64,000 nucleotides of DNA. Source: Camelus ferus. Taxonomy: Eukaryota. The stretch spans positions 2,668,001-2,732,000 of the forward strand of contig NC_045696.1 in NCBI RefSeq assembly GCF_009834535.1. Reading direction: 5' to 3'. Positions 10,577 through 23,330 of this stretch are shown here, in pieces. Both the position numbers and the translations under genes were made by a program. The notes beneath the pieces were generated by a model, which saw only the letters and a program-made list of their open reading frames with translations, was not told the DNA's origin and did not search any database. Positions within the stretch are counted from its first letter, which is position 1, and each line of letters begins with the position of its first letter.

Positions 10577-12684
10577 GCCAGAAACCATTTTGTCCCGTGG
10601 GGCAGGGAGAGTCCCAGAGTGACCTGCTCTGGGCGTCAAACACACCAGGCACACCGCTGGCCTCGGGTTCCTCCGGGCCACCTGCTGCCAGCCCGTGGGA
10701 GTCTGACAGGCCTGCGAGAGTGAAGGGGGCCCCCCGCAGCCTGGGGCAGACCTGAAGCCCACCCCCCACACACCCCCCTCAGGAGCTCTGGGAAACGATG
10801 CGCGAGGCAAGCCCACATCAGGAAGCCTCAAGGGCCAGGCTCCCCGTCCCCGTGCCTCCTGGCAGCAGGGCCGTCTGGTCAACCAGCCTGGGGCAGCGGC
10901 TCTGGCCCCCATCCTCACTGTTCAGGCTTGCGCTCTGAGGACTGCGCGGCCCCACAGAGGCCCCGGGTGCCCACAGCCCCTCTCTGTGTCCTGTTTATTA
11001 TTCCCACGCACAGAAGCAGGCTGTTGACGAGGAGACGCTTTTCCAAGAAGGTCTTGTGAACTAAGATTTTAGAAGGACTGATAAGACTGTAGATTTTCTT
11101 TCTATTTTAAATAACATTTTATTATAAAAACGACACATTGTCATTGTTCAGAATTTGAGCAAATCCAATAAATCTAAAGTGGGGAAACTCCCTTTATCCT
11201 ACCAAACCCTGAGTGTTCACAACAGGCTGTGTCAGAGGAGCTGGTGAGGCTCCCCCACTGGCTTGTTGGGCTATTTATTAGGGTCCTGGAGCCAACCAGA
11301 AAGGTGTGCAGAGGGAGGACGATGCCACAGAACTCCAGCAACGTGCTCCTGAGATGTGGGCTGGGAGGACGGGTCCTGGGGCGAGGCCAGTGGTCCTCTT
11401 TGGGATGGAGGCGCCCCCTCAGATCTGTGCAGTGAGCCCCACTGTCCTCATGCTGAGCCATGAGCCAGAGCATCCTGGGCCCTGACCCTGCTTTGTGCAC
11501 ATCCCTGGTGACTGGGACCGGCTGTGCTGGGATGCTTCCATCCCTCCAGCCTGTCATGGAGACCCCAACAGAGGTCTTCCCACTTGGTCCAGCCATGGTC
11601 CCTGTAAGGCTACAGAGATGACCCCAAGACCACCCCCAGGACAGGTGAGGGAGCAGAGGAAGTGCGCAGGGGTGTGACCCTGACGTCTGGGCCAGGTCTG
11701 TGCAGAGCAATGGCAGGGACAGCCCTGGAGCTCCCACTCAGAGAGGGAGGACCAGGCCCACGGTGGGCTGGGGACCAGGGAGGACAGGAACAGGAGGCCA
11801 TCTGACCTCAGGCTCCTGAGTGAGGAGGACGGTGCCTCTGCGCCGTGCTTTCCTCCCCAAGGACTGTGACCACGGCCAGCCTGGGCCCGTGTGTCAGAAG
11901 CTCCTCACTGGCCATCTCTTGGCCCCCAGCTCCCTAATCCCTGGCTTCCCGGAGGGTTGCCATTCCTCCGTCTGTGCCTGGAGACTCTGGAGAGTGTGAC
12001 TGGCCCCTCCCTACGGGCCAGGGCAGCCTTGGCCTTAGAGGCGGGGAAGCTGGTGGGTACGGACGGGCAGGGGACCAGGAGGTGACCTGGAGATGCCTGC
12101 CCAGATCTCAGGGACGCAGTGGAGCCGGCTTCACCCGAGGCCCTCTGTGTGCAGCCAGCCCCACGTGGATGTTTGTCCTCGCACACCCTGAAGGAGCCAC
12201 TGCTGTCACCACTGCTCTTGGGGGAACAAGGCCCACGGACACAGTGACCACGTGGCTCTCCTGAGTCTGCCCAGAGTGGCCGGGGTCCAGCACACTTCAT
12301 CCATCCCAGGGTGTCCGGCAGGCTTGACCCACGTGGCAGGTTGAAGAGAAGAAATACAAACTTTCCAAAAATCAAAGAAAAAAGAATATATTTCTCTTAA
12401 AGCCAAGAAAAGGAATGGAATCCAGAGACAATTCTGTTGAGGCCTGACGCCATCTGCAGATCCAAGGGAATCCAGCACCCACATGGGATCTGCATCCTGG
12501 GGGACCTGCCGTCACAGTGAGCCAGCCTGAGGCTCCTGGGGTGGGGGAGTCCAGCAAGGGGGCCCAGGCGGGCAGACCTGGTGAAGGGGCGCTGATGGGG
12601 AGGGTCTGAGGATGGAAAGGGCAGGGCTGAAGGAACCAGCGGGATGGGTGTGGGGAGTGTGGGCACCAGGGCAGACCCCTGGCT

Positions 12685-12850
12685 GTGTGTGGACATTTGT
12701 GTCCGTGTCTGTATGGGGGTGCTGCGTGTGTGTGTGTACGTGGGTGTGCGTGTGAGCTGTGTGTGCATGTCTGTGTGGTGTGTGTGCTTCTGTGTGAGTC
12801 TGTGCAGTGTGAGTGTCCATGTGTGTGGTGTGTGTGCTTCTGTGTGTCTG
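12685..12850. repeat. TG-rich low-complexity tract
   Basis: Imperfect (TG)n with a repeated gtgtggtgtgtgtgcttctgtgtg block. Confidence 0.8.
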
Positions 12851-13778
12851 GGGGAGCATGAGCCACAGTCCCTGAAATCATCTCTCTCCAACATCCAAAC
12901 AAGTCGGGCTGTCAGGAATTTGGGGTCAGACCCTTGCAAAGCCCTGTGTTGGCAGGAAATGCGGCCTGGAGGGCGACCCTGGGGAGACCGGCTGTCCCCT
13001 CTCCATTGTTTCCGTGGCCGGCTAAGCCCGCTCTCAGCAGTTTGCATTCCGCTGCACACCAGCTAAATGCCAGCCCTGCTCACACAAAGGCTGGGATTTG
13101 CTTTACGCCCAGGATTCCCACGCGCCAGCAGTCTGCAGGCGCAATCACAAAGCCCTGGCACCCAGATTTTCCACTCCAGGGCCCCACGGGGCTCACCCAC
13201 AAATCTGCCCCTATGAGCGGACAGGCATCGTTATGGTCAGCACGAGCGAGCCTTGGCTGTGCCCTCGGCAGTGCTGACTCCTCAGCAGGTGTGTGGGCTG
13301 CACGTACAGCCCCCTGCCGACCCCACACGGTCGATGGGGGGGGAGGGCACGGAGCACGGAGCACGGACCTGAGCACGGAGACCCAGCAGGGACCCCCAGA
13401 CACTGCCTGCAGGGGACACGAGTTAAGGTGGAGACTTAGAGACAGTTCTGCCCCAGACACACCAGGTTGTGTCTGCCCGCGGTGGGACACGCGCTCCTCC
13501 TCACCCCCACTGCGTATTTTCAATCATTTCTGTCTTGAGAGTAAAGTACTATTTGATTTGGGTTTATCTTTGTTACTGAATTTTTCATACATCTGAAAAA
13601 TTAAAGAACATGGTACAGTGAACCCCACATACTCACCAGCCAGACCCCACAACTGTGAGGATTTTGCCCCCATTCGCTTGCTCTTTTTTCCTTTCCTGAA
13701 ATCTTTTAAAGCAAAGCCCAGACTTCATGTCAGCTCACCCCCTTCACACGTCAGTCCTCTTAAAAATAGGAACATTTC

Positions 13779-13910
13779 GGGCGGAGGGTGGAGCCCAGGG
13801 GTAGGGTGCGTGCCTGGCATGCATGAGGTGCTGGGCTCAGTCCCCAGTGCCTCCATTAAAATAAATAAATAAACCTAATTACCCCCCAAAATGAACAAGC
13901 AAAAAAAATT
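13779..13910 (+). mobile_element. tRNA-derived SINE, same family, diverged
   Basis: Aligns with the copy at 9260; (TAAA)n tail. Confidence 0.8.
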
Positions 13911-15344
13911 TAATGAACGTTTCCTCGTATAAGCACAAATTCCATTTCACATTTGACAGCAATAATTTCCTGGTGTCACCCAAAAGCTAGTCCCTCACCA
14001 GACATCCCTGATTGTCTCAGACATGGTCCTTTTACAGCTTTGTTCCAACCAAGACCCAAACCAAATCCACTCCCTGCTTTATTGAATGAGTAAAGGAATG
14101 CATGAACGAGATGGGTCTGGCACTAGGACCAAGTCCCAGGTGCAATGAGAGCACACAAGGGGAGGGGTAATCCCGCCCCAGCAATCAGGGTGGGCCTCCC
14201 AGAGGAGGCAGCAGAAGCCCCAGGTGGCCCCCGTGACCCACCAATGGAAGAGTCCCCAAGATCACTCCCTTCCTCAAAGTGAACGGAACCACCTGGGGCA
14301 GGCGGGGGTGGGCGACGGCACCAGGAGAGAAGGAACATGTGAGATCCCGCGTGCATTACCAAAGGTCGCTCATCGGGCCATCGGCGCAGCCCGGACAGCC
14401 CTCTCCTTTGGGTCTACCTGCATTCCAGGGCTGGCGAAGTCAGAGGTAACCACGTTTTTATTAAGCACCCACTTTGTGCCATCCTGATCAAATGCAACTA
14501 CGGAAAAGCCAGTTCTTGCCTTCAGAGAGCTTACAGTCCCCTGGGAGAGACAGACACACAGACAAACTCACTACGGGTCACAGGCAAACAGACCCAACAA
14601 GGAAAAGGAAGAGGGTGGCGAGTCCAAAACCTGCCAGGCAGGCGCTGACGCTGCAGTCTTGAGGCAGAAGTTTTTCTTCCCCAGAAAAACCTCAATTTTT
14701 CCCCTTTAAGGCCTTTCAGCTGATGGAATGAGACTCATCCAGATCCTCTAGAATGAACTGTTTTAAGCAAAGGCAGCTGGTGGTAGGGGTTAACCGTGCC
14801 TACAAAATACCTTTCCAGCAACACCTAGATGAGTGTTTGACTGAATCCCTGGGACGAGAAGCTGGCCAAGCTGACGCACAAAACTGACCATCACGTGGTG
14901 GTGATGGTCACACAGCAAAGTGAATGTATTTACTGCCACAGACCTATTCGCTTTAAAACTTCTAAAAATCAATAGATTTTATAGTATGTGTATTTTTCCA
15001 TCTTGACCATCCCGGGCTCTGATCAGGGTGTAGTCTGGAGACCCCCAGGAGGGGCGACGAACTCCCCCAGGAGCCCAGAAGACGCCCCGCCGGAGCCGGC
15101 TGTGGCCAGCAGAGGTTCCGAGCAGCAAACCCCCTTTGGCGGCAGTGGCTGAGCTGTTTCTAGGCGGAACCTCGGCTCCTGTGCACACAGTGACGTGTGC
15201 AGCGTCCCTCCCTCTCTGCCCCAGGCATGTCCCTGCCTCTCCCTCACAAGTGGAGTGACAGCCCCCAGTTGGCTGCAGAAATTGAAAGAACCACAGTGAG
15301 GTCATTGCTGTGTCTCCATCCCAGCTGTTACTTATTGGCTGCTG

Positions 15345-15800
15345 TGTTTGGAAGAAGAATGCCCTCTCGGAGACGTCCAGTCCTCCTCCCCAGAACCTGT
15401 AACTACGCTACTTTGTATGACAAAAGGGACTCTGTGATTAAATGAAGGGTCCTGAGCCAGGGAGAGTGGCCTGGATTATCCAGGTGGATCCAATGTCATC
15501 ACAGGGAAAGAGGGGAGGCTGGAGGGTCGCAGAAGATGTGACGAGGAAACAGAGCAGAGGGATGCAGGGGGTGAGTGAGGGAGTGTGGGTGGCCCTGAGA
15601 AGCAGGGAAATGTGAGGATTCTGCCCCGAGCCTTCAGCCTTCACGAGGGATGCAAGCCTGTCAGCTCCTTAATTTCAGCCCCGGGGGGGCCCATTCTGGT
15701 CAATGGGCCTCTCTGTCTTGTCGCAAAAGACAACACATTTGTGTTATCTTTAAGCCACTACATTTGTGGTCATTCGTCACAGCAGCCACAGGACACAGAC
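15345..15800. mobile_element. MaLR LTR remnant (MLT1D-like)
   Basis: cccagaacctgtaactacg, ggattatccaggtggatccaatgtcatcaca, tctttaagccactacatttgtggtcattcgtcacagcagc. Confidence 0.65.
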
Positions 15801-15950
15801 GTCACTGCACACGACGCGCACTCCAGCTCCGTCTGCAAAGACCTGCAGAGCGTGACAGCCACACCCAAGCTCGCTGTAAGAAGACAGCTTTGAGGCAACT
15901 GGGGAAATTCGGACACAGGCTGTTGCGTGTCATTAAGAACTGATTGCTAA

Positions 15951-16086
15951 TTTTTTTATTATTTTTGCGGAAGTACTTAGGTTTGTTTATTTTTATTTGT
16001 TTGTCTTTCAACAGAGGTGCTGGGGATTGAACCCTGGACCTCGTGCATGCTAGGCACGTGCTCTACCGCTGAGCCCCACCCTCCCC
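15951..16086 (-). mobile_element. tRNA-derived SINE, same family
   Basis: GGGGATTGAACCC (reverse B-box) and a T-rich tail on the + strand. Confidence 0.8.
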
Positions 16087-17112
16087 TTCTCCCCAGTTGC
16101 CAAGTCTTGATAGGTCTGACAGTGGTACCGTGGTACTGTAAGAAGTCTTCTGTCCTTAGAGGAGTAACCTGGAGCCGGGAGGGAGGGGTGGCTTGATGCC
16201 TGGACTCGGCTTAAATATGTGACAGGGCAGGAGGAGTAAGAAAATGAGGGTGTTTAGACACTTGGAGACGACTGACTGCGTGTGACGCCCCAGGGGCTGC
16301 ATGGACTGCTTGCCTTTGTGGGAGTGACTTCCAGGCTCTCGGGGTAGGGACGCACCACACAGAGCCCTGGCACCCACTCCTGGACCAGCAGACCCCGGCC
16401 GGCCTCGCTCTGAGAACTGATGGAGACCCCCCATCCACCCGCGTACACGAAGGTACCCGGGCATCACCCGGGAGCCGCACGCAGATGCCTCCAGTCGGGC
16501 TGGTTGCGGACCACGTCCCAGCAACCGGCTTTGCCCGCGTTCCCAGCGAGCACTTCTCCGGGTCAAATTCCCAGAAGCGGAATTGCTGTACCGAATAATC
16601 AAGTGTCAGCCGAGATGACCACACTCCCTCTGAACTGTCCCAGCAAATTCATGAAATCATGCAAAATAAGCGAGTATAATGTTTATATCCTCCTCCTCCT
16701 CTTGGGGAAAGTGTGCAGGTGAACTTCTCAAAGTCTAACTAGAAACACTGGAAGCCCCCGGCCCCTCTGAGCTCCTTCAGACACCCCGAAACCTAGGAGC
16801 GCTGGACACCTGGGGTAGGAAGGTGGCCCCGCGCTGTGCTGGCAGGAGGAGGAAGTGAGAGACCCCGCTGACCCCCACTGACAGCCAGGAAGGACCTGGC
16901 CCCGCTCCCTCCACCGCCCTCACCCAGCAAGCATCCCACCAAGAGTCCTGGAGCCACCAGGGGGGCCCTGCCACCAGTCATGGTCAACAGACAACAGGAG
17001 ACGATGTGTGCCCGGCCACGGTGAACTGAAGGGCAGGGCCACTGGACAGGTATTTTGTTTAGACAATAAAGAAACACACCGTCATCAGTGTAAAAGAATC
17101 ACACATAAGCAG

Positions 17113-17204
17113 CCGTGGGGCCCTGTGGTCCGTGGGGCCCTGTGTCCGTGGGGCCCTGTGGTCCGTGGGGCCCTGTGTCCGTGGGGCCCTGTGTCCGTGG
17201 GGCC
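17113..17204. repeat. Minisatellite, unit CCGTGGGGCCCTGTG(G)T, about 5.6 copies
   Basis: Units of 17, 16, 17, 16 and 16 nt plus a partial unit, read directly. Confidence 0.95.
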
Positions 17205-17899
17205 TGGCTCGAAGTGCCCGGGAGAGGCAGCGGCTGAAGAGCAGGCTGGGCTGAGGCTTGGGCGGAACCACCAGGAATCCCCGAGTCCCCAGAAGTGGTC
17301 TCCATCTTCATCACTTGTTCTCCACCCAAAACCCAAACAAGTCCTGTGTAGCCTTTCTTTAGGAAACACCGTACTTCCCGCCCCACCCCTCGACTCAAGT
17401 CCTAAATAACCATCCGTGCAGCAGCGGAACCGGAGAACTGGACTGAGCCTTCTCCCTGCCCAAAAGCGGCAGAGCTGCGCCCCCTGGTGTCCATCCCCCA
17501 CAGCACACAGGGGGTTCCCGCTTCCAGGGCAGAGCAGCTGTTCTGTCAAAGGTGCAGCTCCAACTACAGCAAAAGTCTGAATTCTGCCAAGTCTGTCCAT
17601 GACTGTAGCCTGGTAAATACACCCACAACCCTCACACCATCACCTGCAAGATCTGGCACGTCTTCAACCAGCTTCCAACAGCTGCCAAACAGAAAGAGTT
17701 CAAAGACACGGGTTTACAGACGCCGCAAATCCACCTGCGGCAGAGCACCCCACAGCGCAGCCGCACAGGTCTGGAGCAGCCTGCGCACGGGCTCACCTGG
17801 TGCAGCTGTCTGTGATGCCAAAAGCAGGCGCTGGCTAAAGGCGCACCGGGGCAGGCGCACCAAACCCCACTGCGTGGGATTTTCTGCAACTGTCGAAAC

Positions 17900-18302
17900 A
17901 ATGAAAATGTGTGCACCCAAGCTCATAGCAGCACACTCACAAAGCGAACAGGTGGAAACAACCCAAATGTCCGTCGACGGATGAGTGGATAAACAAAATG
18001 TGGTCCACCCGTTACAGTGGAATATTTCTTAGCCTCAAAACGGAAGGACGTTCTGACACCTGCTACAACGTGGATGGGCCTTGAGGACATCAAGCTCAGT
18101 GACATAAGCCAGTCACAAAAGGACAAATACTGCTTGATCCACTGATATGAGGTCCCTAGAGGATTCAGATTCATGGAGATAGAATGAGGGACTGAGGGGA
18201 GGGGAACGGGGAGTGAGCGTTTAATGGAGACAGAGTTGCATTGTGGATAATGGAATATTCTGCAGCTGGATGGTCACACAATAATGTGAATGTGCCTAAA
18301 GC
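17900..18302 (+). mobile_element. Old L1 (L1MB-like) 3-prime fragment
   Basis: ggtggaaacaacccaaatgtcc, gatgagtggataaacaaaatgtgg, aagccagtcacaaaaggacaaatac. Confidence 0.7.
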
Positions 18303-19715
18303 TGTAACCCAGTAGGAACTCTGGGGCCAGAACAAACCTCCCCCTTGTCCTCCACCTGCCTCTTGTCTGTAGAAAAAGCATAGCCTCCAAGACCTTCCCT
18401 GAGTTCCCGCAGGACCAGGAGGCCTTAGGCAGTGGAGCCAGGGTTCAGCCTGGTCTGGGGGCTCGGGGTGTCCAGAGACAAGGTCCCAAGCTGTTGTCCA
18501 CCCTGGTTCCCCGCACAGACGCCCATCAGCCTGCCTGGGTGAGACACTCAGGCCAAAAACCTCTTCCTTTCATACCCTTGCCCTCCACATCCAAGCCATC
18601 AGCCAGGCCTGGCCGCCCACCTCCCAAGCTCTCCCTGGCCCGTCTGCTCCACCTCCACGCCCCCACCCTGGTCCCCCTCCCAGGATCAGCTCCCTAACCA
18701 GTCTTCCCTGGCTGCCTTACCCCTCAACATGCCAAGCTCTGCTTAAAAAAAAAATAAAGCTTTATTAAGGTGTAATTCATATACCATAAAGTTTACTCTT
18801 GTAAAGGCACAGTTATGTGGTTTTTAGAGGTCCCTGCCTCTCACTGTGGCTAGAAGAGGGCTCCTAGACCCAGGGGTCTGGGCTTACTCCAGGAAGGTGG
18901 AGCTGGGGGAATTCAGGGCCACCAGCAGCCCTGGGGAACCCGTGCCGTCCTGCAGCGTCGTGGCCAGATCCGGGCCAGGAGCTCTGGACCTGCATCCTTA
19001 GCGTAGGGTCTCCTTGGAGCCATGGCTGCCCGGCCCTGCCCGTCGGCCTCTGAGTTGGCAACTCCAGGGTCTGAACTAGCGGGAACTCTTCAAGCCCACG
19101 TTGTTGCCGAAGCTCTCCGGATGGGTTGTTTTCTGCTTTTACCAGGGACGTCCAGCTCAGGTCATGGGGTCACTACTTGGTCACATGGTTTTAGAGACTC
19201 AGACACCCCTGCTCAGTTCCCAAGGGCGGCTGGAGAAGTGACGTGATTCTCACCCCAAAGCAGACAGAAGACGCCCATTTCACAACGACTCCACCCACAT
19301 GGACTCCATCCAGCCCGACAAGGGAAGCCCCTGCAGCCCCCACGGGATGTCCACAGACGGGCTGCAGGCAGGTGAACCCGGGACTTCAGGTCATAAATCC
19401 TCGGGCCTCTTTTTGCCTTAGGAGGGTTTTTGTTTGTTTGTTTTGTTTCGTTTCAGTTGAAGTGTAGACAGAAATGCCAGGGGAGCCCAAAGGGGTTGAG
19501 GACCATCCCTCGAGGCCCCAGGCCCCCAGCCAGGCCTCCTCCCAACACCTCTCGGCTGATGAGGGGCCCGCTGGCCCGAGTCTCCTGGTAGAGATCTGAG
19601 GGTGGCAGCACTGGCTGGTGACAGGTTTTAGGCTGTCAAAGGAGGTCCCTCAAGGACCCTGTCCGCTGGTCTAGTCACAACATGCTGGGTTGATTTTTAT
19701 CTCCTGCCTGAAACT

Positions 19716-20530
19716 GGCGAGGAGGGGAGACTCCCCCTCCAGCCCTCCTGGGTTCCGGTGGCTGGACTAAGAGTAAAACCGACACAAGGCAGGTTAATGG
19801 GGGAGAGAGACCCACTCGAACCCCTGCATGTGGAGGCCCCACAGAAGAAGTGGCCAAAGCAGCAGCTCTCGCTCTTCTTAGGCACAGAAGAAACAGTAAG
19901 ACGGGAGGCATTGCCAGGCCGAGAATCAGGTTTGGAGCCCAGTGAGTGAAGACGCTAAACAGGCTGTGCTCAGGGCGGCCAATGAAAGATGCCAGGAGGC
20001 TTTTGGTTTTTTACAGTTTTCTGAATGTGTGAAACGTCTGTCTCCAAAGCCGAAGCTGCAGTCAGATCTGTTCAGAGAAGTCCTTTGTTTAACTCTTATT
20101 TTTTATTGAAGTGTGGCTGATTTACAATCTTAGTTTCAGGGGCACAGCAAAGCAATTCAGTTATACAGATACATGTATTTTTTCTTCAATTTCTTCTCCA
20201 TGGCAGCTCATTACAAGAAACTGAATATTGTTCCCTGTGCTAAACGGTAGGCCCTTGCTGTTCATCTGTTTTCTCTGCAGTCGTGTGTATCTGAAGGCGG
20301 TGGTTCATCTGGGCTTCTCGGCCTGGAGTCCCCATCTCTGGCGACAGGGTGTCCTTCTGCATGAAGAGGCAGGGGGGGCACCTTTCACATGGGAGGTTCG
20401 TTTCCTGCTTTCAGGGAGACAGAGAGGAGAGTCAGAGGATCTTGTGTTGGCTGTTTCTGAAATAACTTTAATTCAAGATAATCAATATGGCATTGAGCAT
20501 ATTTTGGGGTGGGCTTCCCTGGGCCCCCCC
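19716..20530 (-). mobile_element. Solo LTR of the same family, interrupted by an L1 3-prime fragment (~20098-20292)
   Basis: Shares blocks gctgctgctttggccacttcttctgtggg and atattgattat.ttgaattaaagtta with 25653-26134, in reverse orientation. Confidence 0.7.
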
Positions 20531-21744
20531 AAAACAGAACCGCTGGAGTCTGTGAATAAGAGCTCTCTCCCTGGGGCCCCAGAAGGAACACAGTGTCCTT
20601 GTGAGCCCCCAGGACAGCTAGCTCAAAGTTGCAAAACCCGCCTCCTTGGGAAAAGTCTTGCCTCGAGTTCTCCATGTCTCCTTACCCCCAGTCACAGCCC
20701 CAGGCTGGCCCAGCTACTCCCACCGCCAAGCCCAGGAGACCTGGCTCCTCGTCATCCTTCAGCCAGGACACTGGAGGGGGGGAAGGCCAGTGGAAACCAA
20801 GGCCGCTGTGTGACCGCCACTTCTCAGGAGGGGACAGTGGTCTAAGGGCCTCAGGGAGGCCTTTGGGCTGCATTTGCTGTTGGCAGTCATATTTCCATAG
20901 AAAGAATTAGGCCAACCATGAAAACACAGGCCCCAGTTGTTCTAAAACAGAAAGCAGCCCTGGCTCAGAGCGAAAACAGAGCTCTAAAGATGCTTCAGGC
21001 TGGGCCAGCAAAGCCCCGCCAGGAGACAGGAGCCACAGGGTCACGTGACCGGGAAGGTTTGTTACGAAGAGCTGTAAACAGGGCCTCGGAGTAACAGGGA
21101 AGTGGCAGTAACAGTGACAGAACACTAAAGAATACAGGAAGGGCGGATGCAGGGAACAGCCCTCAGACTGACGGGGACACCCCCGACACCGCAGACCTGG
21201 CTGGATCAGCCCGGCCTGCCCCCAGTGTGGCCCCAGCGTGGCCGGCTACGTGGGGCAGGCACGGGGCTGACCGCGTGGGGAAGCCGCGCAGGGCCTCACC
21301 GGTGGGACTGCTGGAGGTCTGCCCTCGGGGGTGCCAGGAGGTGCCTCGGGACTCTGCAAAGCCACCCAAGGGAGTGTGGGAGAAGCTGCTCGCGGGAGGT
21401 GCCCTGCCAGGTCACTCTAGGGCGGGGGCTGTGGGAGGACTGGCCACTGTGCGCTGCGGGGCCTACACACTGGAACCAGGACGAGAAACCCTCCCGCCAC
21501 CATGTCCCACCGGTGCCTGTACAGACGGGGCTCAACACCACTCGGCCGCGAAGCAGAACCATTCACAAAGCCCAGAGCAGCGAAGAAGGGAGGCCTTGAT
21601 GGTGGGAGTAGCAGACTGAGAGCCATCACGAGCCCACGCCCCCAGGCCCGTCCGCCTGGTCGGCCGTTGCACAGACACCCACCGTGCGTGCCCTCCACAG
21701 CCCCAGGCCAGGGACCATCTACAAAGGTGACTGAGGCCCACGCG

Positions 21745-21902
21745 AGGGTGCCAGACCTAGTTCACAGAAGTGCAGGACAAAGTTCAGGTAAATGACAGTC
21801 AATCCCATGCGACGATTGGGACATACTTACACTAAAAATTTATTCTTCCTTTATCTGAAATGCAGATTTAACTGGGACGCCTGTGCTTCATCTGACACCC
21901 GG
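21745..21902. mobile_element. MER53-like palindromic DNA-transposon remnant
   Basis: Termini GGGTGCCAGA...TCTGACACCC; internal ttgggacatacttacactaaaaatt...tttatctgaaat. Confidence 0.65.
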
Positions 21903-22999
21903 GCCCCAGCACTGCCCAGGGACAAAGTGTCTGATGGGCACAGGAAGTGCTGTCAAGGCATTTCCCCCCGCATCTTCTGAGCATAAGAGCATCGGTCAGG
22001 TACAGGGACTGGCTGAGCGGGCTTACTCCCTGCCCTCCTCCCCTCTTCTCCCCGGGGCTGGCCCAGCCATTGCTCCTGCCCTCAGAGTGTCCCTCTCAAC
22101 GCGCAGTGACCCCTCCTCACCACTTCTCAATCGCTCACAAGCATTTCCTGGGATCCTCTGGCTGAGCGCCAGGTCTGAGTCATCCAGGGCCAGCTGTGCT
22201 TTGGAATTCAAAGCATTCAGAGCTAAGAAAAACAAACATACAAGTGAATAAAAGCACATACTATATATTGTTTAACCTCCGTAGGGGCCTGTGGTGGGAC
22301 CCCAACCTCAAGCACACCAGCACTTCTGCAGCCAAGTCCACCCCACTCAGGGGGCACACACCCCACGCAGTGTTGCAGCCTGCTCCCGGCTGATCTATGC
22401 AGTACTAAAGCGGTCCCCGAGATGCTGAGGTCACCACAGGCGGCACGTTTCCTAGTCCTTCTTATTCCCAAGGGAAATGTTACAAAGCTTCAGACATACA
22501 CAAGTTCAAGCAAAGCTTAATGCCTGGACGTGTCAGTGCCGTGAGTCGTCCCCACACCTGGCTGCAGGGGCTCTGGGGGGAGGCCCAGCGTTGTCGTGTG
22601 GCTCCGGTCACCAGGCTGGAGGTGGGCGCTGGAGGATGGTTGTCCCGCGCCACGATGCAGCACCCCAGAGACGGTGCTTCCTGGCACGTCTCCCAGGTCA
22701 CCAGCTCAGAACTAAGCTGTCTCTTTAGCTGGGTGAGTGCCTGCTGGCTGATCAACGTTGAAGCCAGCAACTGGCAGGTCATACATTATGACCAGGTAGT
22801 CCACAGGGGCTCCCCCAGTTTTCACGGGGGCTCCCCCATCATCCCCACTCCTCCTCCTCTGTGTTCGGTCCATTACCGGGATTCCTCTGTCCCTCAAGGA
22901 AGTAATGAGACCAGCCCCCTTTCGCTGCTCAGCATCTCCTCCATGTCCTTTTCACCTTACACTTTCGGTTGATGAACTTCTAGGGTAAATGAAGTCTGT

Positions 23000-23184
23000 C
23001 CAGAAATAGACTCACAGACATAGAAAAACAAACTGCAGTTACCAGGCAGGAAGGGGGTTGGGACAGATTAGCAGTTTGGATTAACAGGTACACACTGCTT
23101 CACATAAAGCAGATAAACAACAAGGACCTACTACTGTACAGCACAGGGAACTAAATTCAATTTCTTTTCTGTAGTGGAAAATGA

Positions 23185-23241
<57 letters not shown>

Positions 23242-23330
23242 CTGAATCACTTTGCTGTACACTTGAAATTAACACTGCAAATCAACTACACTTCCATAAA
23301 ACATAAGAATTAAAAATATATATATATAAT
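23000..23330 (+). mobile_element. L1 3-prime end (artiodactyl type) containing an (AT)~24 microsatellite at ~23189-23237
   Basis: gactcacagacatagaaaaacaaact..., gataaacaacaaggaccta..., ctgaatcactttgctgtacac are typical L1 3-prime UTR blocks. Confidence 0.75.

Noticed and set aside
12372..13066. His/Thr- and Cys/Val-rich ORFs (also at 701-1322 and 3273-3965)
   Set aside because: These are translations of (TG)/(CA) low-complexity repeats.
17113..17204. Regularly spaced repeats superficially like a CRISPR array
   Set aside because: There are no unique spacers and the context is eukaryotic; it is a minisatellite.
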